Shown: piece by piece, positions 28,501 through 38,350 of the stretch
Numbering within the stretch: position 1 is the stretch's first letter
How the letters are laid out: every line of letters begins with the position of its first letter
Assembly (NCBI GenBank): GCA_902461525.1
Contig: CABPYD010000001.1
Coordinates: 246,835-310,834, forward strand
Source of the DNA: an uncultured Odoribacter sp.
GTDB taxonomy: Bacteria; Bacteroidota; Bacteroidia; Bacteroidales; Marinifilaceae
Direction: 5' to 3'
DNA: 64,000 nucleotides
Position numbers and translations under genes: made by a program
Notes under the pieces: model-generated
Told to the model about the DNA's origin: nothing
Seen by the model: the letters and a program-made list of their open reading frames with translations, nothing else
Database searches by the model: none

Positions 28501-28833
28501 AAAACAGCTATCGGTTGGAATGTGGATGCCCGGGTATTTCATGACCGCTGGAAAAATATCGGCGACCGGGCTTCGTTCAAGGGACTGGACGATTTCACAC
28601 CCACAAATAAGACTTCCCGGTTTGTACAGGACGAAACTACTTTCAGGTGTCAGAATATGACCCTGCAATATGAATTGAAATCCCAGGCACTGAATAAACT
28701 TTTGGGAATAGATTACTGCCTGTTCTCCGCCAGTACTTCGGATTTGTTTTATATCTCGACGGTGAAACGGGAACGGGGGACATCCTATCCTTTTTCAAGG
28801 CAGTTTAGCCTGGGGGTAAATGTCGTATTTTAG
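25528..28833 (+). CDS. SusC/RagA-family TonB-dependent outer-membrane transporter with N-terminal STN/trans-envelope signalling extension
   Basis: The ORF opens at 25450. The likely start at 25528 gives MKLKIFFLLCCLGSLQAGVYSQ. The STN-like segment is 'DVLVTEVLEELQSRSDYRFFY'. A carboxypeptidase-regulatory-like domain ('IKGLVTDTKKQPLPGVTVMIKGT...DAEGHYVL') precedes the TonB box 'DEVVVTG' and the plug ('ILKDASATAIYGSRGANGVIVITTKK'). The C-terminus ends in aromatic residues. Confidence 0.85.
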   Translation: MKLKIFFLLCCLGSLQAGVYSQVNQFSVQKTDVLVTEVLEELQSRSDYRFFYQKGIFGENDRVSVDFENASLQQVLDEVLVKRGFGYEIIDKVITIRRLQQQKNTKIQIKGLVTDTKKQPLPGVTVMIKGTSLGTVTDAEGHYVLTIPQRDELVLVFSFVGMNSREVTYKGEQELNVELEEKVAEMDEVVVTGIFQKSQASFTGSATTVTAKELQQFGNRNLLQSLHNIDPSINIIENNAFGSNPNKLPEVQIRGNSSIPNVDELKDQTRVDLNTPLIVLDGFETTLQKLIDINENEVETLTILKDASATAIYGSRGANGVIVITTKKPAMGQLRVSYKGDVNIEIPDLTGYDLLEAREKLELEKRVGLYSKPSNPDQDWRLQRYYSYLLDEVNSGVNTYWLSKPLQTSVGQRHALKVEGGDKSFRYSASLQWNDIRGVMKESYRKTFNGAIQLSYYWKNLKFSNNLMISAGKRQESPYGDFSEYAKMNPYWRTHDENGKILKRLGNSGESDYAFRWSRLPVNPLYNATLNTYDRGNNTDITNNFMLEWKVLETLDLRGRFGITKNTDETRVFKPADHTDFADYSEDDMFRKGTYAYGISNSFSYEGSLNLAYHQSFGKHLLVAGVDVNLREGRSRSSSFKAEGFTNENFDDISSALQYEKNGKPSGAESTVRSVGFTGNVNYTYDNRYFADLSGRMDGSSQFGSNKRFAPFWAVGIGWNMHNESFLKEVSWVNMLKLRFSVGTSGSQHFNAYQAIQTYRYFLDDKYYAWNGSSLIAMGNPDLKWQQKRDYNIGLDVKLWDNRITIGGDFYIAKTNDLISTLTLPAANGFTTYIENIGSLKNTGYELRLSAYVLRKDQMSWSVSFAGIHNKNKIVEVSQALLDAQNAIESEDLVNPNVQFRPGYSSNTIWTVRSAGIDPGTGKEVFISRDGNRTYNWSASDIVATGVSDPKLEGNISSMFRYKGLSLNVSFGYRFGGQIYNSTLANKVEVSKTAIGWNVDARVFHDRWKNIGDRASFKGLDDFTPTNKTSRFVQDETTFRCQNMTLQYELKSQALNKLLGIDYCLFSASTSDLFYISTVKRERGTSYPFSRQFSLGVNVVF

Positions 28834-28874
28834 GTATTGTAACTTTGGATGTTAATTATAATAGTTTATTTGTT

Positions 28875-30260
28875 ATGAAAAATAGAAATATAGGATTAAT
28901 AGGAATCTGCTTGTTTGCCTTTTGTTCCTGCGACAGTTGGTTATCGGTTTCTCCTTCGAATGAGATGCCTGTGGAGGATCAGTTTGGTTCGGAACAGGGA
29001 GTGAAGGATGCATTGGCCGGGGCCTATGTCTTGGTCAAGGATCAGAATTTATACGGGAAAGCCCTTAGCTTTGGATACATTGAGAATATGGCATCATTGT
29101 GGGATGCTGCAGTAGCTTCCGTTGAGGAGTCATTGACATTGCATGAATACGATAAGGTGACGGGGGCGGTAGATAATCTCTATGGGAAAATGTATAATGC
29201 TATTGCAAATGTCAACAATATCCTGGATCATATCCATGCAGATAATGGGGTTTTGCTTACTCCGGGTATGTACGAGATCATCCGGGGAGAATGTCTGGCG
29301 TTACGGGCTTTTTTGCATTTCGACCTGATGCGCTTGTTTGGTCCTGTTCCGGCCGACTTAGAAGCCGGGGGGGCGAGGTTGCCCTATGTCAGAGTGGTAT
29401 CGAAGGAGATCAAACTTCCGGTTTCTTATGATGAATACAAGGATTTTTTGTTGAAGGATTTGAGGGATGCGGCAGCCCTGTTGAAGGAGTATGATCCTAT
29501 CGTGGTGGAAGGTTCGGTGACAGATGAGTTCCTGGTCAGGAGAACTTGCCGGATGAATTATTATGCCGTAAAAGCTTTGCAGGCCCGTGCATTCCTTTGG
29601 TATGGCGAAAAAGAAAATGCTTATGCGGCAGCTATGGAAGTGATTGAGGCTAAAAATAGTGACGGATCAAAGAAATTTGATATTGAGGCTATCAAGACCG
29701 CTTTCCCCGGTCAGGATTTTATAATTTATCCGGAACAGATTTTCGGATTGTATGATCACCAGTTGGATGACAAATATTCATCTTTTTTTCAAACAGGAAT
29801 TTTATATAAAGGGACCTCTTCACAGGAGATCATGAAAAACCTGTACGGGAATACAGGTAAAGATTTCCGGGAACTGTATTTGTGGGAACTACAGCGTCTT
29901 GTGGACGGGGATCGTTATACGATAAAAAAATACAATGTTACTTTAGGGGTTAAACAAATTCCTTTGATCCGGCTGAGTGAGCTATATTTTATCGCTATAG
30001 AAAGCGGCAGTGCAGAACAAGCCCAAAAGCTGTGGGACGAGTACAGGGATTCCAGGGTATTGGACAGAAAGGACCTTCCAACTGATCCTGAGCAATTGCA
30101 GCAGGAGATCTTGACGGAATTCCGGAAAGAATTTTATGCCGAAGGGCAATTATTCTATCTGTATAAACGCTATAATTCTCCTCGTGAAGATATTCTTTTT
30201 GCCAATTCCCGTTTAGTGGTTAATTACATATTACCATTGCCCAAAACAGAGTTGAAATGA
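28875..30260 (+). CDS. SusD/RagB-family nutrient-binding outer-membrane lipoprotein
   Basis: It lies immediately downstream of the SusC-like gene. The lipoprotein signal is MKNRNIGLIGICLFAFCSC. A TPR-like helical composition follows, with 'ALQARAFLWYGEKENAY' typical of SusD. Confidence 0.8.
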   Translation: MKNRNIGLIGICLFAFCSCDSWLSVSPSNEMPVEDQFGSEQGVKDALAGAYVLVKDQNLYGKALSFGYIENMASLWDAAVASVEESLTLHEYDKVTGAVDNLYGKMYNAIANVNNILDHIHADNGVLLTPGMYEIIRGECLALRAFLHFDLMRLFGPVPADLEAGGARLPYVRVVSKEIKLPVSYDEYKDFLLKDLRDAAALLKEYDPIVVEGSVTDEFLVRRTCRMNYYAVKALQARAFLWYGEKENAYAAAMEVIEAKNSDGSKKFDIEAIKTAFPGQDFIIYPEQIFGLYDHQLDDKYSSFFQTGILYKGTSSQEIMKNLYGNTGKDFRELYLWELQRLVDGDRYTIKKYNVTLGVKQIPLIRLSELYFIAIESGSAEQAQKLWDEYRDSRVLDRKDLPTDPEQLQQEILTEFRKEFYAEGQLFYLYKRYNSPREDILFANSRLVVNYILPLPKTELK

Positions 30261-30304
30261 GAAACTAACAGATAGTTAAATGTTTGAATCTAATTGAAAA
30301 TAGG

Positions 30305-31063
30305 ATGAAAAAGATAATCATATTAGCTGCAATGACCGGGATTTTCTGGGGATGTGATCAGGATGAATATATGGTCTATGAGGATGATGCCCGTTTGCAA
30401 TTCGGTCCTACACCGGATAAGATATATACCCAACAGTCGGAATGGGAAGATACGGTAAAGACTTTTTCGTTTTTGTCGGTAGATGCTGACAAAATGCTGG
30501 ATACCGTTTATTTTGATATTTACAGTATTGGTGTTGTCAGTACGGTTGAGCGTCGTTATGAACTTGAGCAGGTTGTGATTGATAGTGCGGATAATGCAGA
30601 GCCTGGCGTACATTATAAGGCTTTTGACGATCCGGAGGTCAGCGGAATGTATGTGATTCCTGCCCATAGTGCCCATGCTGTGGTACCGGTGGTGGTGATG
30701 CGCGATACCTCATTGGACAGCCGGGAATACGTGCTGAAATTCAGGATTAAGGAAAATGAAAATTTCAAGTTGGGTGATCGTGGCAAACAATGGCGTAAAC
30801 TTTACTTGTCGGACGTGTTGCTGCGGCCTACCAAGTGGAATGACGGTTATTTCGGAACTTATAGCAAAGTGAAACATCGGTTTATGATGGAGCAGACCGG
30901 ATTGAAATGGGACGATGAGTACCTGGAGATAGTGCTGAGTGATGTTTCCATGGGGTACTATTGGCAGGGAAAATTCCGGGAATTATTGTATGCCTATAAT
31001 CATGATCCGGAGAATAAGGATGTGCCCTTAAAAGATGAAAATGGATGGGAAGTGAAATTTTAA
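30305..31063 (+). CDS. Small PUL-associated lipoprotein, DUF4843-like (assigned by position in the conserved SusD / DUF4843 / PKD-like / metalloprotease cassette)
   Basis: The ORF opens at a TTG (30284). The ATG at 30305 gives the lipoprotein signal MKKIIILAAMTGIFWGC. At ~250 aa it matches the size and position of the family. No motif was verified. Confidence 0.4.
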   Translation: MKKIIILAAMTGIFWGCDQDEYMVYEDDARLQFGPTPDKIYTQQSEWEDTVKTFSFLSVDADKMLDTVYFDIYSIGVVSTVERRYELEQVVIDSADNAEPGVHYKAFDDPEVSGMYVIPAHSAHAVVPVVVMRDTSLDSREYVLKFRIKENENFKLGDRGKQWRKLYLSDVLLRPTKWNDGYFGTYSKVKHRFMMEQTGLKWDDEYLEIVLSDVSMGYYWQGKFRELLYAYNHDPENKDVPLKDENGWEVKF

Positions 31064-31075
31064 AATAGCAAGATC

Positions 31076-32623
31076 ATGAAAAATAAGATAATAATCGGTT
31101 TAATACTTGTCATAGGGGTATTTTTAACCTCCTGTTTTGAAGATCTGGGTAATTATGATTATACATCCAATGAGGTAATTACCATCGGAGGAGATATAAA
31201 GAAAGATTATTCAGTCGTGCAGTTTACCAGTAAACTGACTATCCGTCCGGAAGTAAGTTCCAATATACCCGGAGCGGAGTTTGAATATGCTTATTGGGTA
31301 TATGATAAGGATCAGGGATCACAAGTTCCCGACACCCTTTTGGTTGGAAAGAAAGATCTGGAAGAGTATGTGGTGGGATTGCCTTCTAAAACTTACAAGC
31401 TGATCTTTCAGGCTAAAAATGTAAAAACAGGAATTCAGGGATTCTGGGAGGCAACTTTGAATGTGACGACCACTTCTAATCACGGTTGGTATATATTAAA
31501 AAGCGAAGATGGGAAATGTGATATGGACTACTATAATATGGCCGGAGAGAAGGCGGAAAATGTACTGCTGGCTTCCTGTGGCAGACAGTTGGAGGGAGAT
31601 CAGGCAGAACGGATAACAGTGGGTACAAACTATGCCGATCCGGAAGATCTGGATCCGAAGACGAATACTTTCCGGAAAACCACGGTCCTTTTTCCGGTGA
31701 GTAACCGGGATGCCAAGGCGGTGAGGTTATCCACCGGAAAGATTATCAATGATTTTCCGGAAATGTTTCAGGAAGAACCGGCGGAACCTTATGCGCCGGG
31801 AATGGCTTTTGCTACCAGTATGGCACAATTTATCCTGAATCAGGGAAAGGTGTATTATTTCTGGCCCTATACCTCTGCTTTGAGTAAATTCTCTGTGGAA
31901 TTGGCCCGGAATGAGACTTTTGATCCGTACCGGATATCAAAATACATGATGTACGCTACCCCTAATCCGATCGGGTTTGATGAAGTCAGTACTTCTTTTG
32001 TTGCCATTCCGGGAAATGGAACAACATTGATATCTATGACAGATATGCCGGGTACTGAATTAAGTGCCAATCATACGCAGATGAATCTGTTGTGGGCAGG
32101 CAGTAAGGGTTTATATGATATAGAGCATTATGCGGTCATGCAGGAACAACAGGATCCGTCCCGGAAATTTATTGCTTATATTACTTGCCTTGGGAATAGT
32201 ATGACAATTAAGCGGGATAATCTGGAATCGACAGATCCGGCTTATGGGGCTTCGTTGTTCACTTTGAATCATTCATCTTCACAAATCTTGTATTTTGTAA
32301 ATGGGCATGAGTTGTGGTCCCGGAGTATTGCTGCAGTGCCTGGAGTGAATTCCAAACTGGAGGTGGTGCTTCCGGAAGGGGAGATTGTTTTTATCAAACA
32401 TATGCCCTATAGTGTTTATGGTAAGCCGGAAGAATCGTTTGATTACCTGCTGATCGGGACTATAAAGGACGGTAATTATGAGGTGGTCGGGTATACGTTG
32501 GATGCAGGAGGCCGTCCCGCCGATCCGGAGCCTGCCTTGCATTTTGCAGGAAAGGGTAAAGTGGGTGATGTCATTTTTGTATTTCCCAGTGTATCGGGTA
32601 CAACATTCGTACCTTCTTACTGA
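31076..32623 (+). CDS. PKD-like family surface lipoprotein (hypothetical)
   Basis: The lipoprotein signal is MKNKIIIGLILVIGVFLTSC. It is 515 aa and beta-rich. The assignment rests on position in the cassette. Confidence 0.35.
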   Translation: MKNKIIIGLILVIGVFLTSCFEDLGNYDYTSNEVITIGGDIKKDYSVVQFTSKLTIRPEVSSNIPGAEFEYAYWVYDKDQGSQVPDTLLVGKKDLEEYVVGLPSKTYKLIFQAKNVKTGIQGFWEATLNVTTTSNHGWYILKSEDGKCDMDYYNMAGEKAENVLLASCGRQLEGDQAERITVGTNYADPEDLDPKTNTFRKTTVLFPVSNRDAKAVRLSTGKIINDFPEMFQEEPAEPYAPGMAFATSMAQFILNQGKVYYFWPYTSALSKFSVELARNETFDPYRISKYMMYATPNPIGFDEVSTSFVAIPGNGTTLISMTDMPGTELSANHTQMNLLWAGSKGLYDIEHYAVMQEQQDPSRKFIAYITCLGNSMTIKRDNLESTDPAYGASLFTLNHSSSQILYFVNGHELWSRSIAAVPGVNSKLEVVLPEGEIVFIKHMPYSVYGKPEESFDYLLIGTIKDGNYEVVGYTLDAGGRPADPEPALHFAGKGKVGDVIFVFPSVSGTTFVPSY

Positions 32624-32656
32624 TAGGATTTTAACACTTAATTCAAAAAATGAATC

Positions 32657-33739
32657 ATGAAAAATCAATTTTTTACAATAATGGTTTGCCTCTTGATGTG
32701 TACTTTGGGTGTGAATGGACAGAAAAAGCAGGCAGCCGGAGTCAATTTCGAGAAGAATTATGCTGAGGCTTTGGCCAAAGTAGGAAAAAGCAAACAAAAA
32801 CAGGGTCTGGTTTTTGTATATTGTTATCAGGAAGGTAATTCTGCCTGTGCCAAGATGGGGAATCTGGTATTGAAAAGCCGACAGGTGGGTGATTTTATCA
32901 ACCAGCACTTTGTGAGTACCCGGATAGATGTCGGACAGGCTGGAAATGAAGAATTTGTGAAACGTTATCCCATGTCTGTATTACCTGCCTTTTTTGTTTT
33001 GGATAAGACGGGAGAAGAAATCGGACGTTTCTGCGGGTCTGCCGATCCGGAGGTTTTTCTGGAAAAATTGCATTATGCTATGGATCCGGCCAATTCGGTG
33101 AAAGCGAAATTGGAAGCTTTTAACCGGGATAAAACAACTGCCCGGGGACGCGAATGCATGGAAGCTTATTATCGGGCTGGGAGAATAAAGGAAATGGCAG
33201 AGTTTGTTGAAAGTATTTTTTATGCCTATCCTCCGGAAGAAAGGTATTCTGTTGAAATGTGGAAGTATGTGGCACCTGCATTAATGAACACCACTTCTAA
33301 AGTTTTTGCTGTTTTTCTGTCAGAAAAGTATATCGCTAATCAATATCTGGGGAAATCAGTCGTAGACGAAGCTTTGGCTAAATCGATACGTCAGTATGCC
33401 TTTTGGTATGTTGCCGGAAAATTGAAAGATAAACCCGAAGATGCTTTAGCGTTGATCAGCCGTCTGGCCCTGATCGACGATCAGAATCTGGCGTCCCATT
33501 ATATTTGTGTTGCCAGCCAATTATATACTCAAAAGCCTTTTAGTCATGATAAGGTGTACGGTTATATTCTGAACTATCTTTCTGCCGAAAAGGTGTGTGC
33601 TTTGGAAGCAGAGGACAGGGAATTTGTGGAACATTTCCTGATGAACATAGAGGGGATGCCGCAGCAGTTGATCGAGCGCTATCAGAAAGACCGGGAAGCT
33701 TATTTCAAAAAGCAGTTGGAACAGGGTGTTTCCAAATGA
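32657..33739 (+). CDS. Thioredoxin-fold protein with degenerate active site (CxxC replaced by N-S-A-C), secreted; paralogue of 38351..39049
   Basis: A signal peptide is present. 'GLVFVYCYQEGNSACAKMGN...FINQHFVSTRIDV...SVLPAFFVLDKTGEEIGRFCG' aligns position-for-position with 'KMLFVDCYTSWCGPCRYMTD...FNKRFISVKYDI...GSFPTFWIFSPQGEVIYRMGG' of the downstream thioredoxin. Confidence 0.5.
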   Translation: MKNQFFTIMVCLLMCTLGVNGQKKQAAGVNFEKNYAEALAKVGKSKQKQGLVFVYCYQEGNSACAKMGNLVLKSRQVGDFINQHFVSTRIDVGQAGNEEFVKRYPMSVLPAFFVLDKTGEEIGRFCGSADPEVFLEKLHYAMDPANSVKAKLEAFNRDKTTARGRECMEAYYRAGRIKEMAEFVESIFYAYPPEERYSVEMWKYVAPALMNTTSKVFAVFLSEKYIANQYLGKSVVDEALAKSIRQYAFWYVAGKLKDKPEDALALISRLALIDDQNLASHYICVASQLYTQKPFSHDKVYGYILNYLSAEKVCALEAEDREFVEHFLMNIEGMPQQLIERYQKDREAYFKKQLEQGVSK

Positions 33740-33780
33740 AAATTTTGCCGGTAGGTTTTCTTTAATCGGAAAAGATAAAG

Positions 33781-36156
33781 ATGATGAGAAATTTTTATTG
33801 CCGGCTTTGGTTGGCGGGGCTGATTGTTTCAGCCCTGCAGACTCAGGCAATGGGGATAGACATGTCCGAGTACGGGCCTGACACTGTGGTTAACAAACAG
33901 TCCGGTAAACTGTTTGCTAAGGGGATGCTGAGTCCATTCTGCCGGGAAGGAAGGTATTATTGGCGGATTCCGGATTCGTTGCTGGATCGCGACTGGTTGT
34001 TGGTGTGCCGTATTGAAGCTGCTGCTGCGGGCAACCGTAGCCGTAATGACGGGTATGCAGGTGATCAGGTGAATACGGCTTTATATCGTTTTGAAAAGAA
34101 AAACGACAAGCAGTTGTATTTACGGAGAATGGTGCTGAATGAACGGGCTGACACGTCCGGCGTTATTTTCCCGGCTTACCGCAAATCTAATGTACAGGGG
34201 ATCGTAATGGCTTTCGACGTGAGGGCTTATACGAATGAAGAGTATGAAATTGATGTCACAGATTGGCTGCAATCGGATACTGATTTGTTGTATTTTTCGG
34301 CTACAGCAAAGGGTGTATTGCGCTTAGGCGGGCAACAGAGAGACAAATCGGAGGTTTTATCAGTCAGGGCTTATGACCGGAATGTAGAAATCCGGACACA
34401 GAAAACCTATGCTTTACAGGGAGGTTTGGGGATGGCGACCTATCTGCTACATACCTCTCTGTTACTGTTACCGGAACGGGCAATGATCCCTCGTTTACAG
34501 GATGAGCGGATTGGTTATTTTACGCTGGATTATCAGGATTTTGACGTTAATCCGTATGCGGTACAAAGGACCCGGGTCATCAATCGCTGGCGTTTGGAAC
34601 CAGCTCCCGGGGATCGGGAACGTTATTTCCGGGGGGAGTTAGTAGAGCCGCTACAGCCGATTGTTTTTTATATTGATCCGGCTGTCCCGCGGCAATGGGT
34701 GAAATATATGATTCAGGGAGTAAACGCCTGGCAAGCGGCATTCGAGAAAGCAGGATTCAAAAATGCCATTTATGCCCGTGAGGCCCCTGCTCCGGAGGAA
34801 GATCCGGAATGGTCGGCAGAAGATGGCCGTTACTCTGTGATTGATTACAAGGCATCCGATGTAGCTAATGCATTCGGTAAAATCCTGTGTGATCCGCGTT
34901 CCGGAGAAATCATCCAAAGCCGGATTCATTTTCATCATTCCTTGTTGCAATTGCTCCAATCCTGGTATTTTGTACAAGGTGCTCCCCTGGATACGGCTGC
35001 CCGCAGTTTTCCGTTGGGAGAAGAACAGATGGGTAACATGATCCGGATGATCATTTCACATGAGGTAGGACATGCCATCGGGTTGACACATAATTTTGGA
35101 GGGACTTCCGGTTTTTCTGCCGATCAATTGAGAAATGCCGACTTTCTGAAAACGAACGGGCATACTACATCTATCATGGATTATACCCGTTTGAATTATG
35201 TGGTACAACCGGAGGATGGGATTGCTCCCGAATTACTGATACCCCGAATCGGGGTGTATGATGAGTGGGCGGTTGAATGGGGGTATCGTTTATATCCCGG
35301 GGTCAAGGACGCCCGGCAGGAAACTGCTTTGTTGGATAGGCTGGTGGTTGAAAAAAGTCAGGATCCCCGTTTACGCTTCGGACGGGAAGACACTCCGGCT
35401 GATCCCCGTTTCCAGGCGGAGGATTTAGGGAATGACCCTATGATTGCCAATCAGTTGGGAATAGCTAATCTGCAACTGGTGATGAAATATCTGAAAGAAT
35501 GGACCGGAGGAAGGGTTGAGGAAATGGCACTACTCCATAAAGAAGTTTTCTATCAATATCGCAGGTATCTGGGACATGTCCTGAAATGGATCGGGGGTGT
35601 TTATGAAACACCTGCCGGCAAGAAGGTTAATGGAGTGTTGCGAAAACCTGTGGAGGGTATAAAACAGCAGGAGGCTTTTGATTTTATTGCCCGGAATTTT
35701 CTGACGGCTCCTCTGGAATGGCTTTTTTCTCCGGAAGTGATGGATGGCCTTCCGGAAAGTCCTGAAGTAAGTATGGAGATACTTTGCAATCAGGTTTTCG
35801 GGGAATTGCTGAATAAACAAAAGTTAATCCGGCTGTTGGACAGTGAAGGAGAGGAAAGTGCTTATACTGTTCCGGATTTGTTTACCGGTTTAGACCGGAC
35901 AATCTGGAGAAACGGGAGTAAAAAAGAACAGTCATCCGTAACCCAAAGACTGATTGAGAAAACGTATGTGTCGGCTTTGTGCCGGTTATACCAGGAGAAA
36001 GATCTGAAAAATAACGGGGATTTGAATGCAGTCCTGCTGGCTCAGTTGAAGCGGGTACAGCAGTTGATTGCCCGCAAACGAAGTTCAGCAAGTCCATTGC
36101 AAATAGCACACCGGGCTTATATGCAGGCCATGGTTATAAAAGCACTTAATAGTTAA
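33781..36156 (+). CDS. Zinc-dependent metalloprotease (DUF5117/DUF5118-type, HEXXH...H zincin), secreted
   Basis: The signal peptide is MMRNFYCRLWLAGLIVSALQTQA. The zinc-binding motif 'MIRMIISHEVGHAIGLTHNFGG' is present. It is 791 aa. Confidence 0.65.
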   Translation: MMRNFYCRLWLAGLIVSALQTQAMGIDMSEYGPDTVVNKQSGKLFAKGMLSPFCREGRYYWRIPDSLLDRDWLLVCRIEAAAAGNRSRNDGYAGDQVNTALYRFEKKNDKQLYLRRMVLNERADTSGVIFPAYRKSNVQGIVMAFDVRAYTNEEYEIDVTDWLQSDTDLLYFSATAKGVLRLGGQQRDKSEVLSVRAYDRNVEIRTQKTYALQGGLGMATYLLHTSLLLLPERAMIPRLQDERIGYFTLDYQDFDVNPYAVQRTRVINRWRLEPAPGDRERYFRGELVEPLQPIVFYIDPAVPRQWVKYMIQGVNAWQAAFEKAGFKNAIYAREAPAPEEDPEWSAEDGRYSVIDYKASDVANAFGKILCDPRSGEIIQSRIHFHHSLLQLLQSWYFVQGAPLDTAARSFPLGEEQMGNMIRMIISHEVGHAIGLTHNFGGTSGFSADQLRNADFLKTNGHTTSIMDYTRLNYVVQPEDGIAPELLIPRIGVYDEWAVEWGYRLYPGVKDARQETALLDRLVVEKSQDPRLRFGREDTPADPRFQAEDLGNDPMIANQLGIANLQLVMKYLKEWTGGRVEEMALLHKEVFYQYRRYLGHVLKWIGGVYETPAGKKVNGVLRKPVEGIKQQEAFDFIARNFLTAPLEWLFSPEVMDGLPESPEVSMEILCNQVFGELLNKQKLIRLLDSEGEESAYTVPDLFTGLDRTIWRNGSKKEQSSVTQRLIEKTYVSALCRLYQEKDLKNNGDLNAVLLAQLKRVQQLIARKRSSASPLQIAHRAYMQAMVIKALNS

Positions 36157-36166
36157 AATTTGACGT

Positions 36167-38287
36167 ATGAGAAAGATAAATTTGTTTTTTTTGTTTTTGT
36201 GGCTGGGGGCCTTGTGTTCCTGTCAAAAAGACGAGGTGGCTACGGATGCAATGTTGTCAGTATCACCTGCCCGGTTCAACCTTTTGTTTTACGATACGGT
36301 GTTACAGATTACAGTGGCGGCTAACGTTGATTATGAGGTTGTTCCTGAAAGAAAAGTAGCCTGGCTGACGGAACTTCCTGTCATCCGGGAAGGTGAAAAC
36401 AGGATACACAGTTTTCGGGTAGAGGCTAATGAAGAAGGAGTCGATCGTAGTTTGAATATCCGTTTCCGTTCGAAGGATGGGGAATTGGACCGGAGTGTTT
36501 TTGTCGGGCAAACCTGTCATAATTATACTTATATTCCGGCTGATTTTGATGATTCAAACTGGGAAAAGGAAGTAGAAACCATTTTTACAGATGCAGAGTG
36601 TTCTGGTCTTCGAACCGGAATCAGCACTGCTCAGGTGAAAACTATGCAGAATGCTTTTTTACGGACTATTGCTCAAAGTATGCTGGATGGAACTTATCAG
36701 CAGCAATTCCGGGTACAGGATTATGAGGCCTGGCAAACATTGGAGACATTAAATAAACAAATGAAGACCTGGTTCCCGTATAATCCGTTGGAAAATCCTA
36801 CCGGAATATATTTTGAGGCCAATAAAGAGGTGATTATATTGGTGGGGGATACCCAAAATGAGGAGATAAAATTGAAGGTTGTTCATGATTATAGTTTAAA
36901 TCAACGCAAGGCTACGGAATACGCTTTGAAACCGGGTATAAATAAAGTTACCGTTACAGAACCAGGTTTAGGATATATTCAATATTATACGGATAATTAC
37001 AAAGACCGTAAACCGGTGAAAGTACATGTGGCTGGGGGAAAGGTGAATGGTTATTTCGACAAATCGAAACATACGGCTCAAGAGTGGGCAACTTTGTTGG
37101 ATGCTACTGTTTGTGATTATTTTGATATGATTGGCGAACGGATTAATTTAGCTTTTAAGGTAAAATCTTTGAGACAATATTGCGGAGACGGGAAAGCGTT
37201 GCTGGATAATTATGACGAGATTGTAGATTATGAGCAGGAGTTGATGGGGTTGAAAAAATATCAAAAACAGCCTAAAAATAAAATGTTTGCCCGGACGGTA
37301 GAAGTGGGGGAAGGTTTGCATGCGGATACCTGGGGTGCCGCATTGGCAGAGGACTGTATGTGGGATTTAGCGGATCCGGATCAGACGCACGATGGAGGGC
37401 TTTGGGCTATTGCTCATGAATTGGGGCATGTAAACCAGATCGTCCCCGGATTGAAATGGGTATCTACCGCTGAGGTGACTAATAATGTTTATTCGATTTG
37501 TTTACAATATAAGTATCATCCGGACGAACCACTTCTTGAAACCAGTCAGTCAGATGATGGGAATGGAGAGTCTATACCGGGTGGTTGTTTTAATCATTTT
37601 TTGACGAGTGCGGTGGTAGAGGGGAAATTATGGCCTTTGCAAGAAGATGCTTTTGTGAAGTTGTGTCCATTGTGGCAGTTGATGCTTTATTACCGGATGG
37701 CACCGACGGCTTCCTGGTATAAACCGGATTGGTATGGGGATGTGGCAGAGATTGTCCGGAATACGGATGAGACTGGAATGAGCCATGGACAGTTGCAATT
37801 GAACTTTATGCGGAATGTATGTGATGTAGTAGGAGAAGATTTGACTGAATTTTTCAGTAAGGTAGGTATGTTGAAACCGATTAATGAACGGATTGATGAT
37901 TATGGATATACTTGGTTGACGATTACTCAGGATGAATGTGATGAACTGAAGAAATATGCCTCCCAATATCCTAAACCAATCAGTCCTGTCGTTTATTATT
38001 TGACGGCCAATAGTCTGGAGGCTTTTGAAAAACAATTACCTGTCAAAGGAATGTATGGGGCTGGAGTATTTAAAGTAAACTCTTTAAGGTGTAAAGTGCT
38101 TAGCGGAAGCTGGGAAAATGCAGTGGTATTTGAAACCTATAAGGGAGAAACCCTGACTCATGTGGCCATGGCGGGTTCCGGATCTGAAAATAAAGAATTT
38201 ACCTCGGTATGCTATCCGGAAGGTTCTACACGCATTGAGGCAGTGGGGTGGGATGGTAGCCGCACTTTAGTATACGGTTCGAGATAA
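36167..38287 (+). CDS. M60-like zinc metallopeptidase with N-terminal BACON-like domain, lipoprotein
   Basis: The lipobox is 'LWLGALCSC'. The N-terminal beta domain 'SVSPARFNLLFYDTVLQITVAANVDYEVV...' is BACON-like. The M60-like signature 'LWAIAHELGHVNQIVPGLKWVSTAEVTNN' fits HEXXH...E. Confidence 0.65.
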   Translation: MRKINLFFLFLWLGALCSCQKDEVATDAMLSVSPARFNLLFYDTVLQITVAANVDYEVVPERKVAWLTELPVIREGENRIHSFRVEANEEGVDRSLNIRFRSKDGELDRSVFVGQTCHNYTYIPADFDDSNWEKEVETIFTDAECSGLRTGISTAQVKTMQNAFLRTIAQSMLDGTYQQQFRVQDYEAWQTLETLNKQMKTWFPYNPLENPTGIYFEANKEVIILVGDTQNEEIKLKVVHDYSLNQRKATEYALKPGINKVTVTEPGLGYIQYYTDNYKDRKPVKVHVAGGKVNGYFDKSKHTAQEWATLLDATVCDYFDMIGERINLAFKVKSLRQYCGDGKALLDNYDEIVDYEQELMGLKKYQKQPKNKMFARTVEVGEGLHADTWGAALAEDCMWDLADPDQTHDGGLWAIAHELGHVNQIVPGLKWVSTAEVTNNVYSICLQYKYHPDEPLLETSQSDDGNGESIPGGCFNHFLTSAVVEGKLWPLQEDAFVKLCPLWQLMLYYRMAPTASWYKPDWYGDVAEIVRNTDETGMSHGQLQLNFMRNVCDVVGEDLTEFFSKVGMLKPINERIDDYGYTWLTITQDECDELKKYASQYPKPISPVVYYLTANSLEAFEKQLPVKGMYGAGVFKVNSLRCKVLSGSWENAVVFETYKGETLTHVAMAGSGSENKEFTSVCYPEGSTRIEAVGWDGSRTLVYGSR

Positions 38288-38350
38288 GTCAACAGACTTA
38301 TCTCTGTAATTTATTTAAATAAAAAATATTATAAATTTGAAAAATAATAT

